A stretch of 64,000 bases of DNA from an uncultured Candidatus Saccharibacteria bacterium (GCA_964406895.1 CAYOTK010000001.1:90697-154696); one strand, 5' to 3'. Counted from the stretch's first letter, positions 28,234 through 37,772 are shown. A program made the numbers and translations. The notes: a model not told the origin generated them from the letters alone.

Positions 28234-28845
28234 ATGCCTTATATCATCACGGGACTCGGTAATCCGGGAAAAGAATACGAAAACACAAGACACAATACAG
28301 GTCGTATCGTTTTGGATATTATTCGCAAAGAACATGATGGTGAGGATTTTGTTTTTGATAAGAAGTCCAATTCATCTGTTAGCAAAATTACTATTGGTAA
28401 GGGTAAGAAAGCAGAAACAGTAACACTCGTTGCTCCGGAAACATTTATGAATAATTCCGGTAAGGCTATTGCTTATTTCGTCAAGAATGAAAAGGCTGCT
28501 TCGAAACTCATTGTAATATATGATGATTTTAATTTGCCTTTGGGTAGAATAAGGATTTCATTCAATCGCAGTTCAGGTGGTCATAATGGTATTGAGTCAA
28601 TCATCAAAAGTCTCAAAACCGAGGCCTTCATCAGAATTCGTGTTGGTAATGCCAAAGAAACAAGCAAGGGTTTAGCCAAAGTGCCACATGGTGATGATAA
28701 GATTGAGAAATTTATTCTCGGTGAATACTCAGATGCTGAAATGAAAGAATTAAAAAAGATATCCAAGAACATTTGTGAAGCTGTATCTGTTATAATAAGT
28801 GAAAGTAAAGAGAAAGCAATGAGTATTTATAATGCTAACAATTGA
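28234..28845 (+). CDS. pth: Peptidyl-tRNA hydrolase.
   Basis: MPYIITGLGNPGKEYENTRHNTG N-terminal signature. The track ORF starts 27 nt upstream. Confidence 0.85.
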   Translation: MPYIITGLGNPGKEYENTRHNTGRIVLDIIRKEHDGEDFVFDKKSNSSVSKITIGKGKKAETVTLVAPETFMNNSGKAIAYFVKNEKAASKLIVIYDDFNLPLGRIRISFNRSSGGHNGIESIIKSLKTEAFIRIRVGNAKETSKGLAKVPHGDDKIEKFILGEYSDAEMKELKKISKNICEAVSVIISESKEKAMSIYNANN

Positions 28846-28851
28846 AAAAAT

Positions 28852-29607
28852 ATGAATAAAACAAAAATAGTAAATAGAATAGTTTCGCTTGTGGGATTGG
28901 CTTTCGGTGCGTTTGCATTATCAGCTTTGGCTGGCTCATGGACAGCGCCAACACAAGCACCTCCTTCGGGAAATGCTGATGCACCACTCAATGTTGGTGT
29001 TACAGCTCAACACAAAGAGGGAACATTAGCGATAGGAAAGACAAGTGATGCTCTGACAGGACTCAAGTTGGACGTAAATGGCATTATAGGTTCTACAGGA
29101 CTTTTTACGACAGGTGATCTATATGTGAATGGCGTGTCTTCTACAACACAACTTAAGGTGACGGGTGGATCTCCATCGATCGGTAAGGTTTTGACTTCAG
29201 ATGCAAGTGGTAATGCTACTTGGCAATCACCTCCATTATCAGGTTCTTCTATAGTCATGGGCCGTGTACAAGGTTCAAGCGCGGCGATTACACTGAATCC
29301 TGGATCTTGGACAGTTATGGTTACAGCATATTTTGGTGAATGTAAACTAACTCCAGTTGTTATGAAAATTGATGGTGTTGAAATAGGTGGAAGTGGCATG
29401 GGAAGAGATGCAACTGATCTTGGTGATGAACAGGGTTGTGACCAAAATGCTGTTACGGGAATAGCCACAAATTTGGACAACACTAGAATACATACAGTGA
29501 CTCTAGAAAAATTAACTGCAGATCCAGGTGATGAGTTTGCAAATTCAGATCCAAATAGAAGTCAGGTTAATAAAAGGCAATTTTGGTGGATTGCTGTTCG
29601 ACAATAG
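28852..29607 (+). CDS. Secreted Gly/Thr-rich surface protein, paralog B (251 aa).
   Basis: N-terminal ~75 aa about 70% identical to 27121-27549, with a longer C-terminal extension. Confidence 0.6.
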   Translation: MNKTKIVNRIVSLVGLAFGAFALSALAGSWTAPTQAPPSGNADAPLNVGVTAQHKEGTLAIGKTSDALTGLKLDVNGIIGSTGLFTTGDLYVNGVSSTTQLKVTGGSPSIGKVLTSDASGNATWQSPPLSGSSIVMGRVQGSSAAITLNPGSWTVMVTAYFGECKLTPVVMKIDGVEIGGSGMGRDATDLGDEQGCDQNAVTGIATNLDNTRIHTVTLEKLTADPGDEFANSDPNRSQVNKRQFWWIAVRQ

Positions 29608-29625
29608 TTTCGTGATTTTCCAAAA

Positions 29626-29657
29626 AGAAAAAAGCTCCTTTCGAGGAGCTTTTTTCT
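29626..29657. terminator. Bidirectional rho-independent terminator (AAAAAGCTCCT-ttcg-AGGAGCTTTTTT) between convergent genes.
   Basis: Perfect hairpin flanked by A-run and T-run. Confidence 0.8.
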
Positions 29658-29673
29658 TTGTATTGTGAGATTA

Positions 29674-30792
29674 TTATTTTTTCTCACTTACATAAGTCAA
29701 TGCCATCTTTTGTTCCTTTGAATCAAACAAAGATATTTTGAAATTGTATGTCTTGCCGAGTTCGAGAGCCTTGCGAAGCTTCTCTTCAGAACCAAATTCT
29801 GATACATGGACCAAGCCCGCTACTCCTTCTTCAATAGAAGCCAAAGCGCCATGCTTGTTGAATTTGATAATAACTCCCGTAACAGGCATGTCTTTCTTGT
29901 ATTTCTTGCTTGCTTCAACCCAAGGATTGGCTTTGAGCTGTTTCATGGATAGGGAAATCTTGCCTTCTTTGATCTCTATTATCTTGGCTTTGATTTTTTG
30001 ACCAACTTTGACGAAAGCACGAGGATCTTCTACTAGACCCCAGTCAATCTCAGATATGTGTATGAGACCTTCTAGACCTTCTTCTAGTTTGACGAATACA
30101 CCAAAATCAACGATGCCAGTTACCGTACCATCAACCTCATCGCCCAATTCATATTTGGAAACGATTTTCTCTTTTTCTTTTTGTTCTGAACCTTTCTCTG
30201 AGAATATCAGTTTGCCTTCTTTAGGATCGGCTGTGATGATAGAAACAGTGAGTCTTGTGCCTACTAGTTTCTTTAATTCCTCCAAAATCTTATCTTTGTC
30301 ACCATCTGTTACTCTTGGATAGTGATCAGTTTTGAGCTGTGATGCAGGAAGGAAACCGACAATACCTTGCCATTCCATAAGAAGTCCACCCTTGTTTGCT
30401 TCTTTGACCAAAACATCGAGAGCCTTTTTCTCTTTGATTGCTGACTCAGCCTCACTCCATATGAGCGCCTGTCTTGCTTCTTTGAGTGATAATTCTAGAT
30501 ATCCTTCTGGGTGAGAATTATCAACTACTTTTGCAGCAATTACGTCACCGATGTTGATCTTTTTGATAACATCTCTTGCTACCATGTACTCACGACCGTA
30601 TATGATACCTGTGCCGAATGGGGACAGGTTTACGTATACAGAGGCCTTTTCTATGGCAATCACTGGACCTTCGACTATATCACCGACTATTGGTGGGTTT
30701 TTCATTCCCGTTACCAATGTTCCCATGACACTAGTCTTCTGTTCTTCTGTCATAACCATACTATCCTTATCAATTGCTATAACTTTTTTCAT
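29674..30792 (-). CDS. rpsA: 30S ribosomal protein S1 (short form, four S1 domains).
   Basis: Repeated S1 RNA-binding domains (GDIVEGPVIAI..., GTVTGIVDFGVFVKLEEGLEGLIHISEI...). Confidence 0.8.
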   Translation of the reverse strand: MKKVIAIDKDSMVMTEEQKTSVMGTLVTGMKNPPIVGDIVEGPVIAIEKASVYVNLSPFGTGIIYGREYMVARDVIKKINIGDVIAAKVVDNSHPEGYLELSLKEARQALIWSEAESAIKEKKALDVLVKEANKGGLLMEWQGIVGFLPASQLKTDHYPRVTDGDKDKILEELKKLVGTRLTVSIITADPKEGKLIFSEKGSEQKEKEKIVSKYELGDEVDGTVTGIVDFGVFVKLEEGLEGLIHISEIDWGLVEDPRAFVKVGQKIKAKIIEIKEGKISLSMKQLKANPWVEASKKYKKDMPVTGVIIKFNKHGALASIEEGVAGLVHVSEFGSEEKLRKALELGKTYNFKISLFDSKEQKMALTYVSEKK

Positions 30793-30931
30793 GAATTTAT
30801 TCGTGGCCGCTTTTTATGCTAATAAAATTAATTGCGGTTTTACACGAAATGATAATTTCTTATCATAACTGTTGGCTTTCGCCATATTGAAATCTAACAT
30901 ACAGAGTATGTTTTGTCACGTATTTAGGCGC

Positions 30932-31087
30932 CTATTTCTTGGCTTCCTTGAAAACGACGTGCTTGCGGAGTTTGGCGCTATATTTCTTGACTTCTATCTT
31001 ACGCTCAACTTTCTTTTTGTTTTTGCGCGTCCAATAGACCTCGCCGGTTGCTTTGTGTCTTAGTTGTATAAGTTGATTTTGTGACAT
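30932..31087 (-). CDS. rpmG: 50S ribosomal protein L33 (51 aa). Not in the supplied track because it is under 60 aa.
   Basis: Manual translation gives MSQNQLIQLRHKATGEVYWTRKNKKKVERKIEVKKYSAKLRKHVVFKEAKK, matching bL33 (...TKNKRTMPEKLELRKFDP..RKHVIYKEAK). Confidence 0.75.
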   Translation of the reverse strand: MSQNQLIQLRHKATGEVYWTRKNKKKVERKIEVKKYSAKLRKHVVFKEAKK

Positions 31088-31178
31088 GTTATTGAGTACA
31101 CAATATAGCGCAATATTGATTTTTTTGCAAAGGCAGTGAGCTCTATATTTAGAATGCGTGTGACAAGTACGATTTCTG

Positions 31179-31249
31179 CGGGCGATGAGGGAATCGAACC
31201 CCCGACAGCGGTTTTGGAGACCGCAGTTATACCACTTAACTAATCGCCC
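31179..31249 (-). tRNA. tRNA-Trp (anticodon CCA).
   Basis: GGGCGAT acceptor, anticodon stem GCGGT/ACCGC with loop CTCCAAA, T-loop GGTTCGATTCC. Confidence 0.8.
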
Positions 31250-31269
31250 TCGTATTAACGTATATTACA

Positions 31270-32202
31270 CTATTCGAGGTCGGTCCTCAAGAAGGTCGGA
31301 CCTCCAAAAGGTCCGACCTCATCAGCGTTTTCGTACCAGGAAATCGCCTTATTTCTCTTGAACCAAGTCATTTGTCTTTTTGCATAATGTTTGATCTCCA
31401 TTTCCAGTTCGGCGATCATTTGTTCCAAGGTTAGTTTGTTTTGTAAATGTCTCGCCATGTATCTGTATTCTAGGCCCAGTTCTTCCATTCTCTCAAAACT
31501 CAAACCTCTATTATGTAAATCTATCGCTTCGTTCAGCATTCCTTCATTCAGGCGATTTATTAGTCGAGCATGAATTCGCTGGTGCAATATTTCTTTCGGA
31601 GGATTGATGCCTATGAATACTGGCTCAAAAATAAACTCCAGCTGAGTCGTAGTCTCATGAGTTTTTTCTCCTGACTCTATTTCTATTGCCCGAATAAGTC
31701 TACGAGCATTTTTTCTGTCGGACTCATTCATGGTCTCGGCGCGGTTGATGTTTAAACTCTTTAATAGCTGAAATAATTCATCGACATTTTTCGTTTTTAG
31801 ACTGGCCCTCAATTCTTCATCGGCTCCAACTTCAGGCAGGTTTGTATTGTTTATGAATGAATCAATATAAAATCCGGTTCCTCCACACAGAATCGGAACC
31901 TTATTGTGTTTAATAATTTCCTTTACTGCCTCAGTCGCAAGTTTTCTGAATAGCGTGACCGTGAATCTATCCTGCGGATCCGCAACATCAAGCAAATAGT
32001 GTTTTACACCTTGCATTTCTTCGTTTGTGATTTTGCCAGTCCCAATATTCAAGCCTCTATAAACTTGTCTTGAATCAGCAGATATCACTTCTCCATTTAT
32101 TTCTTTTGCGATTCTAACAGCAAGGTCGCTTTTTCCAGAAGCGGTTGGGCCGAGAATGACTATAATTCTCACATTATTTATTTTTAGTGATGAATCTTTC
32201 AT
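31270..32202 (-). CDS. miaA: tRNA dimethylallyltransferase.
   Basis: ILGPTASGKSDLAV P-loop and DSRQVYRGLNIGTGK motif. The 3' end carries an embedded palindromic repeat. Confidence 0.85.
   Translation of the reverse strand: MKDSSLKINNVRIIVILGPTASGKSDLAVRIAKEINGEVISADSRQVYRGLNIGTGKITNEEMQGVKHYLLDVADPQDRFTVTLFRKLATEAVKEIIKHNKVPILCGGTGFYIDSFINNTNLPEVGADEELRASLKTKNVDELFQLLKSLNINRAETMNESDRKNARRLIRAIEIESGEKTHETTTQLEFIFEPVFIGINPPKEILHQRIHARLINRLNEGMLNEAIDLHNRGLSFERMEELGLEYRYMARHLQNKLTLEQMIAELEMEIKHYAKRQMTWFKRNKAISWYENADEVGPFGGPTFLRTDLE
31272..31322. repeat. GC-rich palindromic (REP-like) element with GAGGTCGGACC units, embedded in the last 17 codons of miaA.
   Basis: gaggtcggtcctcaagaaggtcggacctccaaaaggtccgacctc. 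The same unit family occurs at 46527-46559. Confidence 0.6.
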
Positions 32203-32827
32203 ATATATTTCTTTTTCTCTTTAAACATATTTTATTGGTACTATGGTAAATTTGATTTAGAATATACAGCGATTCCTTTTTTCCAAACTTTATTATATAC
32301 ATCGAATGTCCCAAATGATTCGGTTTAGATTTGTGAATCCTACCGTTTACTTTCGCTACTTCTACAATTTTATTATGAAGCCAAGTGATGTGTTTTTTAC
32401 TGGCTGATATAAATCGAACAATTATTCTGTTGTATATATATTTAGATTTGATTTTTGTATTATAGGTATCTGTATATGTTGTAATAGAGCCGTCGCCATC
32501 TAGATGACCACGCAAAAAATCAATAAAAAATTGATCTGGTATATTGATCTTTCCAATAGTAAGAGACTTTTTTTCTGTTAAACCAATCTCGATCAGATTT
32601 CTGTATAATCTGACGTTGCCAATTTGAATTCTATAAACCTGTGAATGTTTGTTTTTTGATTTTCCTATTGATGTATTTGTGGCATGAAAAATCTGCCTAA
32701 TATTTTTAACTAGCTCAATATCCTTGGAAGTAAAAACAACATGACGTTTATCTGATGAAAGGTTTCCATCTGTTACGAGAAGACCAATTCCATAGGCCAA
32801 ATCACTTGTCCATTTTATTGAATGCAT
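32174..32827 (-). CDS. Free-standing double-motif LAGLIDADG homing endonuclease-like protein (~217 aa).
   Basis: Motif 1 AYGIGLLVTDGNLS and motif 2 DFLRGHLDGDGSIT. Start trimmed to MHSIKW because the track ORF extends upstream into tRNA-Leu. The 3' end overlaps the miaA start by 29 nt. Confidence 0.7.
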   Translation of the reverse strand: MHSIKWTSDLAYGIGLLVTDGNLSSDKRHVVFTSKDIELVKNIRQIFHATNTSIGKSKNKHSQVYRIQIGNVRLYRNLIEIGLTEKKSLTIGKINIPDQFFIDFLRGHLDGDGSITTYTDTYNTKIKSKYIYNRIIVRFISASKKHITWLHNKIVEVAKVNGRIHKSKPNHLGHSMYIIKFGKKESLYILNQIYHSTNKICLKRKRNIYERFITKNK

Positions 32828-32830
32828 TTG

Positions 32831-32914
32831 TGCCGGAGGTGGGACTCGAACCCACAAGAGGTTACCCCCACACGATTTTGAGTCGTGCGCGTAGACCAAT
32901 TCCGCCACTCCGGC
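32831..32914 (-). tRNA. tRNA-Leu (anticodon CAA), class II.
   Basis: GCCGGAG acceptor, 3-bp D-stem, anticodon loop CTCAAAA, 15-nt variable arm, T-arm GTGGGTTCGAGTCCCAC. Confidence 0.8.
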
Positions 32915-32991
32915 AATATATTTTCTGTTAGTAGTTTATATTACAACTTATCGACATGCAATACCCACTATTTGCGTGATATAATCTCTTC

Positions 32992-33978
32992 ATGACAACA
33001 CCATATGTAAATGATGCAATTTTTTGGATAGAAGTCGAGAAGATCGAACCCAATCCATATCAGCCTAGACGAGAATTCGACGAAGCCAAACTCAAAGACT
33101 TGGCAGAATCCATACGTATGTACGGAGTTTTGCAACCATTAGTCGTGACGAGGAAAGAAGTTTACCACGATGGGGGCGGTATGTCGGTGGTTTACGAACT
33201 TATTTCAGGTGAGAGAAGATTGCGCGCATCTAAGATTGCAGGTTTAGCACAGGTTCCTGCGCTCATAAGATCTGGACAAGAAGATGCCCAGGTCAAATTA
33301 GAAATGGCTATTATCGAAAATCTTCAACGCGAAGATTTGAATCCTGTTGATAGGGCAAGATCATTCGAAAGATTGACCAAAGAATTTGGCTTGAAACAAG
33401 CTCAGATTGCAGAGAAAATGGGTAAAAGTCGTGAGTATGTATCCAATTCCATGCGTATATTGTCTCTACCTGACGAAATGATAAATGCTCTAGAAGAGGG
33501 AAGAATATCTGAAGGTCACACAAGACCACTTCTTATGCTCATTGATAAGCCAGAAGAACAGATGGTTTTATTCAAGGAAATTATTACTAAGAAACTGACA
33601 GTTAGAGAGGCAGAATCTCTGGGACGTAGAGCTGCCACTGAAAAAATCCGTAATAAGGGTAAGTATCTAGATCCAGCAATAATAGAGCTTGAGAAAAACT
33701 TTACAGAGACTTTGGGAACGCGCGTCCGTATTGAAAAAAACAAAGACGGAGGCACGGTTACGATCGATTTCTTTAGTCCTGATGATTTGGTGGCTTTGTT
33801 AAACAAGTTAAATAAAGAGCAAAGTGAAAAGGTCCAACACAATACGAATACAGTAAATAATGAAAATACAAGTTCAAATGATGTTTCTAATTCAGCACCT
33901 ATAGATGATCGACCCGAAGAAGAAGTTGAGAAAGAAAATACTGAAGATTTGTATTCCTTGAAAAATTTTTCAATCTAG
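32992..33978 (+). CDS. parB: Chromosome partitioning protein ParB/Spo0J.
   Basis: ParB box GERRLRASKIAGLAQVPAL, an HTH, and an acidic C-terminus. Confidence 0.85.
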   Translation: MTTPYVNDAIFWIEVEKIEPNPYQPRREFDEAKLKDLAESIRMYGVLQPLVVTRKEVYHDGGGMSVVYELISGERRLRASKIAGLAQVPALIRSGQEDAQVKLEMAIIENLQREDLNPVDRARSFERLTKEFGLKQAQIAEKMGKSREYVSNSMRILSLPDEMINALEEGRISEGHTRPLLMLIDKPEEQMVLFKEIITKKLTVREAESLGRRAATEKIRNKGKYLDPAIIELEKNFTETLGTRVRIEKNKDGGTVTIDFFSPDDLVALLNKLNKEQSEKVQHNTNTVNNENTSSNDVSNSAPIDDRPEEEVEKENTEDLYSLKNFSI

Positions 33979-34003
33979 TTTCAAATATTAATTATGAATC
34001 AGA

Positions 34004-34034
34004 AACGCCACCGCCCGTGGAAGGGGGTGGCGTT
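34004..34034. terminator. Bidirectional terminator hairpin AACGCCACC-gcccgtggaaggg-GGTGGCGTT.
   Basis: 9-bp perfect stem. T/A-rich on the minus-strand side. Confidence 0.65.
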
Positions 34035-34076
34035 GCGGTGATGAGGCTGGGTATTTAGTTGATCAGTCCCATTCTC

Positions 34077-34307
34077 TCATCCTGCGTTATTACGAAAAAG
34101 TTTCGTCCAGCAGGCACCGAACGGCCAAGAGATCATGGTCCAACGTCGAACAGCTTGTCGACCATTCACGACTTGACCGTGAGTTGCGCTTTTGAAATGC
34201 GGAATAACTCGCACGCGCGGTTTGTTGCTTCCACGATGTCGCGTTACCGCGTGTCTGATTAATGGCGTGCTCTCGAATCCGTTTGAAGGGTTAACTTTTC
34301 CGTTCAT
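34077..34307 (-). CDS. Small basic protein (76 aa) encoded in a GC-rich island. Unknown function.
   Basis: AAAGGAGCACAC-ATG Shine-Dalgarno. Protein MNGKVNPSNGFESTPLIRHAVTRHRGSNKPRVRVIPHFKSATHGQVVNGRQAVRRW.... Local GC is much higher than the flanks. Confidence 0.45.
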   Translation of the reverse strand: MNGKVNPSNGFESTPLIRHAVTRHRGSNKPRVRVIPHFKSATHGQVVNGRQAVRRWTMISWPFGACWTKLFRNNAG

Positions 34308-34409
34308 GTGTGCTCCTTTGTACTCCTTTTTGACTCTAACTCCTTGTTCGAACATAAGAATATACCCATACAAAGAAATCTGCAAGAGCAAATTTCCACA
34401 GTGATTCTA

Positions 34410-36686
34410 TTATTCTTTTTTCTTAGTAAATCTGCCTTTTCTCGGTGCCTTCGGAATAGCTAAAAGTTCTAGAGCTCTTTCGAGTGTAATATTGTAAACA
34501 TCGTCAGGTATTTTGACTGAACGGAAATTGCCATCAGATGCCACATAAGGTCCAAACCTGCCTATCGACGCAGTCACTTCTTTGTTAGTTTTTGGATCAA
34601 TGCCAAGAGTTCTGGGTACGCTCAAATATTTTAATGCATCAATTACCGTAACCTTGGAAGGATCAACATTTCGAGGTATGGATGCCATGCGTGGCTTGAT
34701 ACTCGGAGTATTCTCTGATGGGGAAGTTGGCTCGGCAGAAGTCGGAGTTACACTTTTTTGTTTTTTTGAAGAAGTTCTCTTCTTTTTTTCTAGTTTATAG
34801 CCAAGTTGAACATACGGACCAAATCTGCCGTTCAATACGAAGATCGGTAGTCCTGAAGTTGGATCCGTGCCAATAGGTTCATCTTTCTTGAATTCGACAC
34901 CTTCCATGGTTAAGGCTCCATCACATTCTGGATATCTCGAACATGACATGAATTTGCCATTCTTACCAAGTTTGATATCCATATCACTGCCACATTTAGG
35001 ACAGCGGAATTTGTCATCAGCCAAGCCAAGGTTTGTAATTTTTGCAATTTTGTCTTTTGCTTTCACATCATTGTGGAATGGGCCGTAAAAATCTTTTAAC
35101 GTTTTCAAATATTTACGTGTTCCATTGGCTATATCATCTAGCTCGTCTTCCATAAGTGCAGTGAATGAATCACTGATGTATGTAGGGAAATTTTGTTCAA
35201 GGAAAGTAGAAACTACTTCGCCAGTATCGGTTGGTCTCAAAGCTTTGTTTTCCTTTGTAACATAGCCGCGGTCTTCTATGGTCTTACAAATGCTCGCATA
35301 AGTAGAAGGTCTGCCAATGCCTCTTTTTTCTAATTCTTTGATAAGTCCAGCTTCTGTGTATCTAGGAGGAGGGGTGGTCGCTTTTTCCATCGAATCAATT
35401 GATTGCAATTTAATATTGTCGTTCTTGTTACATTTCGGCAATCTTACTTCGTCACCCGCAGAATCAGGGTCTGCTTTCAACCACCCATCAAAAATAACTT
35501 TTGAACCTGTTGCTTCGAAATCAGGAACGGAATTTGATTCGGTGTTCGCAATAATCTTGGATCTTGCAATCATTGCGTCTGACATTTGAGAACTGACTGT
35601 TCTTTGCCAAATTAGCTTATATAGACGTTTTTGTTCATCATTTGCGCCCGCGCTTAACTTGCCGGAATTAGTTGGTCTTATGGCTTCGTGTGCTTCCTGG
35701 GCATTCTTGCTTTTGGTTGCGTATTTTCTGACTAGGACGTATTGTTCACCGAAATTTTTCTTGATTGTTTCTGCTATTTGTGCCAATGCTTGATTGCTCA
35801 AATTGGTTGAGTCGGTACGCATATAGGTTATATGGCCTGCTTCGTAGAGTTTTTGCGCTATGCCCATAGTCCTAGAAGGAGAAAAACCAAATCTCGAGCT
35901 AGCAACTTGTTGAAGAGTAGATGTTGTGAAAGGTGCTCGAGGTGAACGTTTTTGTTCTGTATTCTCAATGTCTTTTATTAGCCATTTTGATTTGTTTGCT
36001 TCATCAAGAATGTTCCTCACTACTTTTTCGTCTCGTGGCTCTTCTTTGCAGGTAAGGTCAATAATTTGATCGCTGAGAGTCTTCCATGTTCCAGATATTG
36101 TCCAGTACTTCTCTGGTATAAATGATTGTATCTCTCTTTCTCTTTCGACGATGATTCTGAGTGCGGGGGATTGGACACGCCCTGCAGAAAGTCCATATCG
36201 AACCTTTTTCCAAATAAGCTGTGACAAATCATACCCGAACAATCTGTCGAGCACACGCCTGGCTTCTTGGGCTGATCGTAAATTCTCGTCTATCTCTCTT
36301 GGATGAGTGATTGCCTCATTGACTGCCTCTTTTGTAATTTCGTGGAAAGTAATACGAGAAATTTTTGATTGGATTTTTGCTCCCAATCTATCGGCGAGAA
36401 CTTGAGACAAGTGCCAAGCAATAGCTTCGCCTTCTCGATCAGGGTCGGTTGCGAGTATTATGTCTTCTGCTTTTTTTGCTTCTTTTGATATGTCAGCGAT
36501 GACTGGTTCTTTCTTGGGGTCGATTTCGTAGTGGGGCACAAAGCCAGCTTCTATGTCTATAGCTTTTTTGCTTGATTTGGGCAGATCTCTTACGTGTCCC
36601 ACAGACGCACGCACCAAATAACCATCTCCAAGATATTTGGAAATTGTTTTGGCTTTTGATGGTGATTCTACGACTACAAGTTTCAT
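34410..36686 (-). CDS. topA: DNA topoisomerase I.
   Basis: MKLVVVESPSKAKTISKYLG Toprim start, C-terminal zinc-ribbon repeats (CPKCGSDM..., CSRYPECDG) and a Lys-rich tail. Confidence 0.9.
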   Translation of the reverse strand: MKLVVVESPSKAKTISKYLGDGYLVRASVGHVRDLPKSSKKAIDIEAGFVPHYEIDPKKEPVIADISKEAKKAEDIILATDPDREGEAIAWHLSQVLADRLGAKIQSKISRITFHEITKEAVNEAITHPREIDENLRSAQEARRVLDRLFGYDLSQLIWKKVRYGLSAGRVQSPALRIIVEREREIQSFIPEKYWTISGTWKTLSDQIIDLTCKEEPRDEKVVRNILDEANKSKWLIKDIENTEQKRSPRAPFTTSTLQQVASSRFGFSPSRTMGIAQKLYEAGHITYMRTDSTNLSNQALAQIAETIKKNFGEQYVLVRKYATKSKNAQEAHEAIRPTNSGKLSAGANDEQKRLYKLIWQRTVSSQMSDAMIARSKIIANTESNSVPDFEATGSKVIFDGWLKADPDSAGDEVRLPKCNKNDNIKLQSIDSMEKATTPPPRYTEAGLIKELEKRGIGRPSTYASICKTIEDRGYVTKENKALRPTDTGEVVSTFLEQNFPTYISDSFTALMEDELDDIANGTRKYLKTLKDFYGPFHNDVKAKDKIAKITNLGLADDKFRCPKCGSDMDIKLGKNGKFMSCSRYPECDGALTMEGVEFKKDEPIGTDPTSGLPIFVLNGRFGPYVQLGYKLEKKKRTSSKKQKSVTPTSAEPTSPSENTPSIKPRMASIPRNVDPSKVTVIDALKYLSVPRTLGIDPKTNKEVTASIGRFGPYVASDGNFRSVKIPDDVYNITLERALELLAIPKAPRKGRFTKKKE

Positions 36687-36932
36687 TATTGTATAAGTAT
36701 TACACGACATTAACAAAAAACAAAATAATTGTTAATAAATATGCACTGGGCGAATATCTCTATGCAGTCATACATATAGATACTCGCCCCCGCCTTGTGC
36801 ATGTTTGAAATACGCAGGTAAGTTACACTATTCGCAACTTAATTCATAATGGTTATTTCGACTTATAACCTTTCCTATACTATCAACTGATAGTTAAAGA
36901 TTTATTAAAATAATTCTAAAGATTTATTAAAT

Positions 36933-37625
36933 TTACAACTTGGCGAGATTTTCTATAGTGTCTACGATATAACCGCGTCCAGACATGTTATGTATGACAT
37001 TGGGTTTGCCACCCTCGTTGAGTTTTCTTCTTAAGTTGCCGATGTGAGATTCTACGGTATTAGAGAACGGATCACCGTCTGCGGTCCAAACATGTTCCAT
37101 GATCAGTCCTCTAGATATAACAATAGATTTATTTCTCAATAAATATTCCAGAATGCCGTATTCTTTGCTGGTCAAATGAATACTTTTTCCATCTCGCGTT
37201 ACCATATGATTCACGGTATCTAGTTTGATATCTTCTATTTCTAGAATATTGTTGTTTTTAATTTCTTTTGGTCGTCGTGTTATTGCTTCAAGCCTCGCGT
37301 ATAATTCTTGCAAAGCATATGGCTTGGTCATATAGTCATCTGCACCACGTTGTAAAGCCTCAACTTTTATATCAACGTCATCGACAATTGATAAGAACAA
37401 TATCGGAGTTGTTTTACCAGCTCTACGTATCTCCGTAGTTACTATCAAGCCATCTTTATTGGGCAGAGAGTAATCGAGAATGATTGCATCGTATTCATAA
37501 CTTCTGGCCAAGAATGAACCGTCCGCTCCGTCATGACTAACGTCTACAACATGCATTTCAGAATTCAAACCACGCTTAACAATATTTGCTGTATTAACGT
37601 CGTCTTCGATTAGTAATAATTTCAT
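36933..37625 (-). CDS. OmpR-family two-component response regulator.
   Basis: Receiver domain MKLLLIEDD...DAIILDYSLPNKDG and a winged-helix DNA-binding C-terminus. No adjacent histidine kinase in the window. Confidence 0.8.
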   Translation of the reverse strand: MKLLLIEDDVNTANIVKRGLNSEMHVVDVSHDGADGSFLARSYEYDAIILDYSLPNKDGLIVTTEIRRAGKTTPILFLSIVDDVDIKVEALQRGADDYMTKPYALQELYARLEAITRRPKEIKNNNILEIEDIKLDTVNHMVTRDGKSIHLTSKEYGILEYLLRNKSIVISRGLIMEHVWTADGDPFSNTVESHIGNLRRKLNEGGKPNVIHNMSGRGYIVDTIENLAKL

Positions 37626-37669
37626 GGCACGATTATAACAATATGAAAGACTTATTGCCAACTTTTTTG

Positions 37670-37741
37670 TGCCCTCAGCAGGAATTGAACCTACATCTAC
37701 TCCTTAGGACGGAGCTGTTCTATCCGTTGAACTATGAGGGC
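37670..37741 (-). tRNA. tRNA-Arg (anticodon CCU).
   Basis: GCCCTCA acceptor, anticodon loop GTCCTAA, T-arm GTAGGTTCAATTCCTGC. Confidence 0.75.
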
Positions 37742-37772
37742 TCGGTAGATCACGACTTTAGATTATCACACT

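Noticed and set aside
30872-31063. 63-aa plus-strand track ORF.
   Set aside because: The opposite strand encodes a clear bL33 (rpmG) homolog in the same interval, so the plus-strand ORF is taken as an antisense artefact.
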